DNA of 64,000 bases from Oopsacas minuta (Eukaryota > Animalia > Porifera), in contig JAKMXF010000007.1 in NCBI GenBank assembly GCA_024704765.1, positions 1 through 64,000 on the forward strand. Direction: 5' to 3'. The translations under genes and the position numbers were made by a program. Below are positions 50,301 through 61,996 of this stretch, in pieces (the stretch's first letter is position 1; each line of letters begins with the position of its first letter). Below the pieces are notes generated by a model, which did not search any database, was not told where the DNA came from, and was given only the letters and a program-made list of their open reading frames with translations.

Positions 50301-51507
50301 CACTGGACAACATTTTACAACTTATTTTTTATTCCTTGCTCGTTTCAAGTTTACCTAGACTAATATGGCCATGCTGAATCCAAATCTGGCCTTAGATTTT
50401 TTCTAACACGTCACGTTTTTGAGATATGACATATGCACACAACAACCCGTAATTGTCATTTTGGCTAATTTTGGCTGTGCAGAACAAAACATTACATGTA
50501 ATAAACACAGTAATTGCTAGTGAAAATAACAGAATTATCATTTTGCACAATTTAACACAACCCAGGATGATTAAACCAGACAAAAATAACATTGTATCCT
50601 CTCAAAAGTGCTTTATACACTTGCTCTTTCGAGCATGTTCAGTGTCAGTTTCACGCTGGAGAAACCAGCAGTTGTCCCCCATCATGTTTGGGTTAAATCG
50701 ACCTCTATATCGCGATTCCATCACGGTATAGAGGTCGAAAATCCAGCAATATTTGTTGTACAAAAATAACAATCCGACGTATGGTTTTTAGGTTCTCGCC
50801 AAATCATAGGTACCGCAAATGGCATGGATTTCCTCCTTCCATTAAGCCATTGGATTAGACTGGCATAGCAGACGGTACAGCAGATGTGAGGTGCCCAGTT
50901 CTTGTCTTGGTCACCAACTTTGCAACCAAAGTAATACTTGTAGCCAATCTTGACACGATTGGCAATATTTCTTCGCTGGGGCTTCGGCGTAAATTTTCCA
51001 CAAATATAGCAGAAGTTATCTGGGTGGTTCGTGCATTGTCTTCTGCTCGTATTCATTGTAAACAAAAAGCTTAAATACACAATCAGTTACAAACTAAAAA
51101 TTCTGCAAAACAGTAATGTTGTTGGTTTATCGATACAGTCTACAATCCACCCGCAAGTAGGCTAAATAACCCCTCCTTATAGCCATGGCCAAGGACACTC
51201 AAGAATGCATTAATTGTCAAAAGATAGAACATTACATTTACAAAATAATGTTAATATTAACCGTACATAATATGCATTGTTGACCAACAATTCGCTGGGA
51301 AAGAAAATTGTACAATAGGCCTAACTTGTACTGTATAGTACCTTATAATATAGTGCCAATCAATGCAAAATCCGAATTTCGTGAATTTTCATATCTTGAA
51401 ATCCTGACGTGATAGATCAATTCTGATTTCAGATTTGGAATCAACATCCCAAAGTTAGTCTAGGTAATATATTTTCATTTGAGGAATAAATTTGATGTTG
51501 CCCAGTG
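50301..51507 (-). mobile_element. Non-autonomous Chapaev3 element (1207 bp) retaining the transposase N-terminal Cys-rich domain (50721-51080)
   Basis: TAA|CACTGGACAACA ... TGTTGCCCAGTG|TAA (3-bp TSD). ORF reads FCYICGKF...YFGCKVGDQDKNWAPHICC...PMIWREPKNHTSDCYFC. Confidence 0.85.
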
Positions 51508-52890
51508 TAATTCGTATTCAGCTAACCTGTACGTATAAAGAAGTATAATTTGATAGATTATTAAGTTAAATGGTGGGTGGAGCAGACAGTATATCAAATG
51601 GTCTGTATTAATTAATTAAAATGCCGTAATTAGAAATGATCCATACAGATCCAAACAATAGATCCGTTATCTCAGGGGATCCTAAGTCGTTCTCGGTCAC
51701 AATGTGGTTATGAAAAGAATTTTGACTTTGTTATGAACTTTGAAAATATGTGGCAAGGAACATGGTATGCATGTATCACACATATGCGGTTTTCTACAGC
51801 AGCCTCATGTAATGATCGGAGGAAAATGAGCTATCATGAGATGAACAGTCCTTGGCCTTGGACCAATTATTAATATATCATGGTGCCCTAGTTATAATAT
51901 TGTCTCTTAGTAAAATAATTAATCTCACAATAACGATGCTTTATTTATGCTCAAAGTAGGTTTTAATACCTCTATTATTACTCATTTTACGCTTCTTAAT
52001 TATTCACAGAATTTCCATGCATCTTCCATCAATAGGATTTAATTAATTATTCGATCTGCATGATATTGGAATTACGGAATTATCCAATTTTCCTGGACTT
52101 ACAACATTGTGTGTGCATTTTAATTTCATATACCTTTTTAACATGCCCTTTGCCTACGAGCTTAAAGCCTTAGAAAATGTACATATTTGTTTCCATTAGG
52201 CTACTCACTAGATGTCTATTATTCGTGAATAATTTTCGAATATTTTTGATACTCGCAGCGCATTGGGTCAAGCCCATAATTAATTATCAAAAATTATAGA
52301 ATTTAGAAAAATAATAATTTTATATTATAGGAGAGTAATCGTTTCTATTCTTTTTACAATCGACCTACGAACATTATGAATATAATTTCACTAAAATTGT
52401 ATTTATCTAAGAAGAATATTCAACTAGATTTAATCAAAACAATTTTAAATTACGAATTCATCATTCACCGAAGAAGGCAGGGAAAATGTGTGATTTTATG
52501 ACGTCATAAAGGTCATAAAATCTCGATTAGGGTTAAAACAAAGGTAAAATTTTAGTGTTCTTTTTGTACGAACGTAATACTTCTGCAGTAATCGGTTAAT
52601 TATTAAATATATTTTTTATTGCTCGAACTATGTTATTTATTTCTATCCAGTAATTGTTAATATTCGCTAGATGATTATTTGTTTAATTTACCTATTTTTT
52701 CACTAGGTTTTAATTTAGAGGGCCTGAAATGGTATTGTTATTGTACAATGTTTTTGGAATCCTCTTGATGCTTGCCTGAGGCTAGTTTCATCGTACAACA
52801 TTCAATCCTACCTACTTAATATTTTGGCTGATTGTATAAATATAAATTCTTTACAAATTCGTTACAAAATCATTCAAGAAACAAAGCAAA

Positions 52891-53232
52891 ATGGCAAGCT
52901 ACATCAAATACATTACCGAAAAAGAAATCACTCATTTGGATATCAAGGATTTGAATAAAATATTGAAAATTCGAAATATTCCAAAATGTGAGAGGAGAGA
53001 AATAAAAGAAATACGAAGGAGCAATAAGATGACGAAATATCGTAGGGACAGTCGTATGCGTACAGATCCAAAGAAGCTTGAGGAAGTGAAATTGGATCTG
53101 CAGAACGAACTGTTTGCCCTGACGTATGAAGTAGTTGAACTGAGGCAATATATGGAGTACCTCATCAGCAAACAAGAGAGCTACCCAGATGAAGACGGAT
53201 ATGAGTACGAAGAGTTTGTGATTGTCGACTAA
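52891..53232 (+). CDS. Small Maf-like bZIP protein, 113 aa, intronless
   Basis: Extended homology region LDIKDLNKIL; basic region IKEIRRSNKMTKYRRDSR; leucine zipper; acidic tail. Confidence 0.7.
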   Translation: MASYIKYITEKEITHLDIKDLNKILKIRNIPKCERREIKEIRRSNKMTKYRRDSRMRTDPKKLEEVKLDLQNELFALTYEVVELRQYMEYLISKQESYPDEDGYEYEEFVIVD

Positions 53233-56049
53233 TCTCCGGAAGTAACAATCTCAGCTTTCCAGCTCTGTAATATTGATAATAATTTTAATTTATATCTAAC
53301 GAATGTTTGATTAAATATATAACCATAATTTATAGTGTATTTATTTCTGGTCTAACATTAAACAGAGCTATTTTAACAATTTAAATGCATATTGCTACCT
53401 GCTAACTAATTTAAATCCATGACACATTGCCAGATTTCCATGATAATTATTTAAATATCTTAACAAATATTAGACTCGTCAGTTAAAGTTATTCCTCACT
53501 CCTGATTTAGTTTTTGCTTTATGCAAAATCGATTGTTGTTACATTGCTAGCCTGTTAGTAAGTCGTATATTCTAATAATTTTTAGAGCAATTGCTGATAG
53601 GCGAACACAAATGTAAAATTCAATTTCACCATGTATTCTTTTAGGTTATTGATAATATTGTATGTGATAAATAGAAAAACCATGAACTAGGTATTATGAA
53701 CCTTCATTATATCTATCTTCTCGGTAACTTCTTCCATTTCGTTATAAGCAGAATACCTTATGGGGAAAACTATAGTTCACAACTTGTAAGCTAGTATTGG
53801 GGATAATATTAATATATTCGTTAAAACGGAATTTCGCTGTAATCGGTTTAAACTGACAAGGTATGTAGTTTTAATAATGGGATTAGATGGAAGAGTTTCT
53901 GGACCATTGGACAATTTTGTTATACCCTACATTCTGTATTATGAAGCTATGTAGAACACAGCGTGTTTGTTCCCTTCAATATTCCTGACTAAGCGGTAAA
54001 ATGGGCGAAACACCGATTGGCAAATATGATTATATTGTATTTTAAGCACATGCTTGGCATATTTCTTACAATTGTTTTCAAATACTTCATTAAGCGTATT
54101 TAGCATGAATGTCCCTAATTCCAAACTTGTTTTAGAAATACAATTATTACTGGCCGACTAATACTATTATTAGTATAGTGGTTAAGTTCTAAAATGGTTG
54201 ACTTAGTATATTATGTATATATATGTTTTCACTCTGCTGTTCACACCTTTAGAGATTAAGAGGCCAAATTTGGTAGAATTCAAACGTCGATGTATAGCTA
54301 TTCTTGTCACATAGTAGGAGGAGTGTAATATGTGCAGTTGTGCCAAAGTTGTTTAGATATTTCTGTTTAGATAACATGATAATGTTGTTACATAATTGTA
54401 TTTATACTATTTAGTGAATACAAATCTAGTCTGCTAATACCTTAGTCATCTGGGTTCTTCTGGAATATCGCCTGGAAACTCGTTGAAAAAATAATTGTGA
54501 ATATTGGATAGCATTCTGTGAATAAGATTCCAAAAGCTTTGCGCTTATTAAGGAAAATCGAATTATAAACAGCATATCCCTTTTGGAAGCCAGTTGTGAG
54601 AGGGGTGTTTGAACACCCAAATCCCCCCTGGATACGCCACTGCCTTTTGGTGGACATTTCAAAATTATCCTAGAGATTAGCTTCCATTTGTTAAATAGGG
54701 GTAAACAGGGATGTAGGATTCGATTTTGACATTTTTAGATGTCTAACAAGATTATTAAAATTGGATTTTATCTTTCTTTGCTAAAATAGATATTTAATAG
54801 AATAATATAGTTTCAATGATCTACTAAGATTAATTTGGTAAATTTATGACGGCACAGACGGTGATTTTAGACATCTTGACCAACGAATTCTTAAGAAATA
54901 TTATTTTATTCATTCTGAGTAATTGGATACACGTTTGTTCGTCATTATTTTTTAATCACCTTAATTATTAAGCATCGTTGTGACTAAAGTCTTGTTATTT
55001 TGAGCAATTGATTGGTTGGCAGAAATTCTTTTTTGTAGCAAGTGTTACCTTATAAACGTCTATTAATTTTACCTAGAGTTCAGTAATTGAATATTCTATT
55101 ACTTATTTTGATGAGCCCAACCTTTTAATGATGCCATTGCGAAATTGAATTATCCGATATGATGCTGGTATGATTTGGGTTTGGGTTTAATTCAGTAATG
55201 TATTTTTTCCGTTGTGATTTTAATTTTTGTGGAATAGTGATACACAAAAATTATAATCACAGTTATTGTGAATTTTTGTTATAACCTGAATAAAAGCAAA
55301 TCCCAACTTTTTATTCAATTCAGTTCAGTTCGTTTAATGAAGGATATTTATCCCCAGGCTTGTCTCATTGTGAACCTCAAGGAACTAAAATCTTGTTCCT
55401 AATATAGAAACTTCATATTAATCGAACAAATTTATTACAAATTTTATAGAAATTATTTTATCACTTTCACCGATTTGGTTATTTTTCATTTCAAGGGAAA
55501 GTTAATTTCGTAATAATCGATACAAAATTGCAAATTTGTACATTTTCCAATTGCAAAATAATTCGTTCTGAATAGTCAAATGCATTGAAACAATACTATA
55601 GTATCTAGGAGTATATTTTAGGCCTTGTTCAGATTAGCTACGTTCTACTGTGTTTTAATAGCATCGCGAGGTCAGTAGTAAAATATAATTCCCTTAAAAT
55701 AATTCGATCAATGCTTCTCTTATGCCAATACAACCCCATCATGTATCTAATATAAATTCTCGATTTGATTTTAATGGTATATCACTAGATATGATAACTA
55801 TTATGCACCCTAGACTGACTATATACTTTTTATTTTATTTTCTTAGGAACACTTCTATCATCTTCCACGTACTAATTAATTAACCTTTAACACACAGATC
55901 AAGCTTTAATAGAAAATTAATTTAATAAAATAGATCATTTGCTGAATTTTCTTCATCACCATATAATATTTTCACACAGACTAAACCAATTAGATTTAGT
56001 TAGCCGTTTATGACTGCCTCCTGCAAATTTAATAACTATAGTGTTGTAA

Positions 56050-56510
56050 CTAATACAAGCTCTTGGCTCGTCGCTTCGCGATGAACTCAGTGCATTGCGA
56101 CTCAAGGTATTCATTATTCTCCCAATTGACGGCCCCTTTGAGTATTATAATATAGATATATTTAGAACAATGTAATTCACGAATTTATGACATATATGTT
56201 TTTGAATTATTTTGTAAGATCTACCCCCTTTGTAGCCATTGAGGGCAAGTATCGACGTAAATTTTGAGATTTTGCTAATTTGTTTACTTTATATTCATAA
56301 AAACAACAATAAATTTGCATATGATTAATCTAAAAGTGTGAAATCGGATTCCACATGTTCGATATATTTAGTGAAGTTTTATTGAGTTCTATTTACTTCC
56401 TTGATAAACACGATTAATACAAAGTTATGCGACAATTTTAAAATTGCATACCGTAAATCCTTTCCTTGACAACGGACAAACGAACAACAATTGAGATTTA
56501 ATAATATAGA
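56050..56510 (-). mobile_element. Non-autonomous Helitron-like repeat, copy 3 (best-preserved ends)
   Basis: On the minus strand reads A|TC...GCGACGAGCCAAGAGCTTGTATTAG|T: inserted between A and T, no TSD. Confidence 0.75.
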
Positions 56511-57959
56511 TTCAAGTAATGTTCATCTAGAATTCAAACAGTGAACAACAATTCTTAGAAACAAAATATTGTGTTTGGTGCGATTTTTTCAAGCGCAATG
56601 AATCTGCATTTATGCATTCATATCCATTCTTTTTATCACTGGTCCAGTGAATATTGCCTCAGCGATCAGGCCTTATCTTTAGTAGGCTATGATAACGCGC
56701 TCTCGATAGCCCTGTTAGTGGTACAGTGGAGCCGCCAGCGTTTGATGTTAGGTGACACGGATCTGGATCCGAGGAAGTTTATGTGTCACCAGTAACTAAT
56801 ATTAATGCATTCAATTACACTGCAAGTGGCGCATTACTAGGGTTACCATTGTCCAGGATTTTAGATCGAGACAGGCAATCAATACAAGCGGCAACAATGT
56901 TAAATGAGGTTTCACGCTATTTCTATTAGAAAATTATACATCCATTTATAGTTTTATGCATAACTTGTCCAATATTATACAGGGCCGTAGGAGCCGGTGC
57001 GACGCGCCGCACCTATAATTCAGAATTTCTATTATTATTATTATTAATGGTCAGATGTGATGAATGCCGCACCAATACAATGTACCTCGCCGTACCAATA
57101 ATTTTTTGCTCCCTATGGCCCTGTTATAGTATACTGGATCTTGTCCAGGATTTTGAAAAATTATGTCCAGGAAAGTCCAAGAATTGTTGGTTACAAATGC
57201 TCAAATGTAGAGGATTTAGACTTAAACATGCTGGTCACCCTACGCATTACTTGCGGGTGTAGCACTAGCGCACCATCCCTAACAGCGCACTGAGTAGTTA
57301 CAGTTGGGCATGCACTAAAACCACATCATTTTGCCGGTTGGGTCCATGAACTATCTGGATTCTATTGAATATCCGTACATCACATGCCAACCATCTAGGG
57401 GGAAATATTGGAAATTTATGCCTTTTTTCTCAGAAAAGTGGGAAAAATTCATAAAATTGCATATAACATAAGAAAACTAGAGAAATCTTTGAAAATCCAA
57501 AATTTCGAGAAAAATAGCCAGTCAAACAGTCAGAAGGAGTTGGTAAGTATTAGGGGCGGCACAACCGGTGTGGCAGGTGCAGCGAGCCAGACCTCAATAT
57601 CCACTCAAACTGGCATTTTTCCTTATTTTGGATCACTTTTAATATTAGATGGAGCAGTTGGGTATTATAACATTACACGGTTTTTGTAGTATTTAAACGT
57701 GGTCCAACGTAGGTATAATATCGGAGGTACGACGTCGCCTGACCACTTTTTGAAACTATCCGCCTCCACTGAGATGCATCGATTTTAGATAATGCAATCG
57801 TAGTAAGTTCTTTGGTACCTTATTCAATTAATTCTGTACTTTGGGGATTTTTCACCCCCTCCGTTTATTCGGACGCCTAGAATACATAGATAGCGATGTA
57901 TATTTGACTGTAAATTCGATATCTTATTTTTTCTATGACGTAGACAACGAGAGAGGCTA

Positions 57960-59216
57960 ATGCATCGCACAAATGAATCTGAGCTCTCTAAAATCTCTAA
58001 TAGACGCCAAGTTTCGAAGCTATTGAGTGGTGACTTCCGCAAAAGTCTAGAAAGTATGGTGTTAACATACAAATTATCAATGACCGATAATCATAAACTC
58101 AGTAACCCAACACGAAACGATCTCTCATCTCCCACTACTGGTGTTTCTTCCCCTCTTATAGGAGATGTAACTAGCCTTACTAAGCGAGATACCAATGACG
58201 TCATTGGAGATCTAACTCGCTTCAATGATCAACCTTCAGAACTGAGACTGTTAACAGTAAAGCTAACTGTGCTGTGCAGATTGATTGATCACTTCGGCTG
58301 GTACCAACCTACTTTGACAGACTGTTCAGCTCGAATTGGCTCAGACACTACTGTATACACTCCACTTGGTATGTTATTCTCTAAAGCTAAAGCTTCCAAT
58401 CTGTTGATACTATATGCAGATTCAGTAATACCAGACCAAAACGTAGATATCAGTACACTAAACCTGCATCAACACCTGCTAAATCGTTATAAGTGTGTGA
58501 TCACAGTAAACACACCTGTATGTGCCGCTATCGCTTCTATCAGTTGCGGACTGCTTCCACTCTCCAAAGACTATCTAGTGATCGGAGAGATAGAGTACAC
58601 AGATGCTGAATCACTTAGGTTACACATTCCTGAGGCAAGAGTTATCTTCATTCGTAATCAGGGATTGGTTGTTGTTGGTAACACAGTAGAAGAGGCATTC
58701 TATCATCTCTTCCATGTACTCACAGCATGTACTGTACAGACCATAGCTCTATCTGCTGGGTCGGATAATATTCTACCAATGCAATGTGAACTGCAATCTA
58801 ACCCGCTATGTGACAGCCACACCGCAGATACTTATCAATCTCATTTTGAATACTTTTCTAAGCTAATCACTGATGAGAATCTATCGAATATTGCCAGCCT
58901 GGATTACAGTCAAGTTAGCACATTTCCAGCGAATCCATTTCTCCCTCAAGCTATACTCAGCAACAAGAATACTAATCCATTTCTATCATTATCAGACGAT
59001 GAATTAGAAGTTATTTCTAATACGAGTATTTGTGACCAGAATACTAACATTTGGGACTTCACAAGGTATTTATATCCTAGTGAGGATAAGTGGAATTTCT
59101 TGCCACAACAGTCTAATGCTGGTAGCAACCCTATCACTTATACCACTGAGATAAAGCTAGAGAGTACACTGAGTCAATTCACTTTTTCTGGTGACGAAAA
59201 CGATGATATGGTTTAG
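57960..59216 (+). CDS. ADD1: Adducin-like protein (class II aldolase/adducin head plus neck), 418 aa
   Basis: RRQVSKLLSGDFRKSLESMV, KLTVLCRLIDHFGW, NTPVCAAIASISCGLLPLS, RNQGLVVVGNTVEEAF. Family-level call only. Confidence 0.85.
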   Translation: MHRTNESELSKISNRRQVSKLLSGDFRKSLESMVLTYKLSMTDNHKLSNPTRNDLSSPTTGVSSPLIGDVTSLTKRDTNDVIGDLTRFNDQPSELRLLTVKLTVLCRLIDHFGWYQPTLTDCSARIGSDTTVYTPLGMLFSKAKASNLLILYADSVIPDQNVDISTLNLHQHLLNRYKCVITVNTPVCAAIASISCGLLPLSKDYLVIGEIEYTDAESLRLHIPEARVIFIRNQGLVVVGNTVEEAFYHLFHVLTACTVQTIALSAGSDNILPMQCELQSNPLCDSHTADTYQSHFEYFSKLITDENLSNIASLDYSQVSTFPANPFLPQAILSNKNTNPFLSLSDDELEVISNTSICDQNTNIWDFTRYLYPSEDKWNFLPQQSNAGSNPITYTTEIKLESTLSQFTFSGDENDDMV

Positions 59217-59503
59217 AGTAAGAATATTTATTTTGTTGACCATTTTTGAATGAAAATATTTATTCGATTTTAATTTCCTTATTTGGTAATTTGAATATAA
59301 TCGGGAAATTCGTAATACAGGACTAACAACTATTATTTACCACAGATGGCGAGTAGATGGATACATTTTTCAATATATGGTCAAAACACGTTAACTATTT
59401 AAGATATGCTCTTTAATTATATTACCATATAAATACGGTAACAACCTCTCGATGGCCCTGGTAGGCTTATATTCAATTGGTTAAATTGAATGTACAAGTA
59501 ATG

Positions 59504-59542
59504 TACTCTAGGGTATCGGAGCTTATTCGATACCCTAGAGTA
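59504..59542. repeat. Perfect 15-bp stem hairpin downstream of adducin
   Basis: TACTCTAGGGTATCG / CGATACCCTAGAGTA with a 9-nt loop. Confidence 0.8.
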
Positions 59543-61996
59543 GTGGTTTATAATCATTAATACTGCCTACCTGACACTATTTTTAGGGAAATTCTTATTC
59601 AGTAAGAAAGACAATGATATACAAGGGTGACACGAAGTGTTCGCAAGCCGCACAGCAAGCAACCAAATGAATTGCATTGTATATGCTATACGAGTAAAAA
59701 TTACTAGCTAATGATTCCTCCTGAAATATTCTTAATAAATCTACACAGAAAACACTAATAACTGATACATATTAAAATTATTTCTCCCGCCAAAATCTAT
59801 TGGAGAAACGAACGATGAACACCCCTTCCCCTCACTAAGACGGCCGATGACACTGTCCGTCAGGAATTTCTCCATTTGGCTCGTTTGAGTTTTACTAGAA
59901 ACAATTTATCTAACTTATTTTTTAGAGTAGCATATAGGAGATGCCCTAATCGCATGGATGATATGTGGTCTTTCCGTCCGTTCGTCCCGGCTTGTATAAT
60001 CTACCAGTCATATTAACACGAAAATTGGTACATAAAGTTCTGTCAACCTCTGAGATCCGGCCACCTCCCTAAACCATAAAAGATGTATTGAATGGTTTTA
60101 TGCATGGTATTTGAACATTTTATGGTAATTTTCCCAATAATAGAGTTAACTTTCAGCTGTAGCTTCAAGCCAAAGTCTATTCCGTGATGAAAGGCATCTC
60201 TATATCTCTAATTTGGGATTATATGAAGGTTGAAATCGCTCGAACCGAACGATGACAGAGATTTTGTTTCTACGACTATTCATGGGTTCATTAATTAAAG
60301 GGTATGGAGATTTCTTTTGTAATTTTCTACGAAACTCTCATATGATCGATCGTATTTTAACCCATTTAGGTATTTGTTTCAATTTTTATAGATTATTATT
60401 ATTCATCAAGTTTCCAAAGCTAGTCAGAATTTACTGGGTGGATAAAGAACCTAAGCCTACTCCCAGAATCCCGCTGCACTCAAAAAACTCCAGATTTCTC
60501 CTTCTATTCTATTTCTATTTTGTGTATTAACTCTTCTTCATGTGAAAACACGCATACACAATGACCCTTCCAATCAGAAACGAAAATATAATCAGCAGTC
60601 AGCAGACTAGATAAATTTAGCAATTGTTCCCCAACTACCTCATTAGATGTTATTCTAAGTTTCAACCCATAACATCTCTAGCACCAAAATATCCGTAATG
60701 AAACATTTGAATGTCAAGTCTATGTTCAAGTACTGAACTCTTTTATTATTATATTCCGCAACATAAATGCTATTTTTTAAGAGAGATATCTATACTTAGT
60801 GGACATTCAAATTATAATTCATTCTTTCCTTTATACCCGACAGAATGCAGTAACTCCCTTCTTGCAGAATATGCTAGGTCAACACAGCACCTATTAAACC
60901 ACAAACATTTTTGTATATGACTGTATATTATGTTAGTAACTTGTAAGCATTCACACAGGGTAATATACAACAATTTGGTTCATATGCAAGCTTTGTTTCG
61001 ACTTGGACAAACATATTATGATTATGTATGGTGGTGCTCATATTACGTTAATAATGCATACTCTCAGTTAGTAAGTACTTACATTTCTTTTAAACGGATT
61101 ATCTGACGTACTAATTATATAGGAAGGATATTTGGATGTTTATTGGTAGTACTAATATTGTTTCCAGAAGTGGTACTTCTTATCTGAGTTACACTGTATT
61201 CATCGTTACAGCTCAAGCAACTTCCGTTCAAAGATCAATACAATCATGGGCGTAACTAGAGCCATTTTTGGAGTGGGCACTTGCCCACATCGACTCGGGA
61301 CCGGAGCCTAGTTGTTCAATGAGTATAATATTGCGAAAGAATAGAGAGAATTTGTAGAATAATCAAAAATAAAGATAATGTATCAATCAGTCACAATTTT
61401 TACGCGGGATCTTTTTGAAAATTTGTGGGGGAGCTGCTCCCCTACACTACACCCCAGTTTACAAGGCTAAAAGTGTAACAAATGTCAAATTTGTCGATTC
61501 CGTTCCGTAAATTTTGGAAGTCCAAAATTATTAGGAGTACTAACCCATTGGGGACCATTAGATACGATAACGCTAGCGGCATATGGATCAATCCAGTGAT
61601 AAAGGGCCCCCCCACCTAAACCCTTACAAAGGTGTGAAATAGCTCTCAGGCCATTGGCTTGATCTATTGTAAAGTGATCAGGCCCAGCCATGCATTGAAT
61701 AGGCCAAGGCCAAAAGTGATCAGTTTGTGTAGGTTCAAGGCCAAAGTTCCATATAGGTTCCTTGCTTGGCCCATATTTTCCTTGTGCTCGGTATAACGCA
61801 CTTTCTGTTGTCTCAGAGGATTTATATCCTGCCTCGCTATTAATTTATTGTACAGAATCGAGGTTCCCAAAAACACTAGCCCAAAACATTTCACCCCTCC
61901 CCTTCCCTAAACACTTGCCCCACAATCGAACTGTCACGGGGAAAATAATTTTGTTTGAATTAAGTACAAGTTATGATGTCTTATTACTAAGTAGAT

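Noticed and set aside
56705-56775. tRNA or tRNA-derived SINE
   Set aside because: An A-box-like TAGTGGTACAGTGG is present, but I could not fold a cloverleaf, the B box is poor, and there is no second copy in the window.
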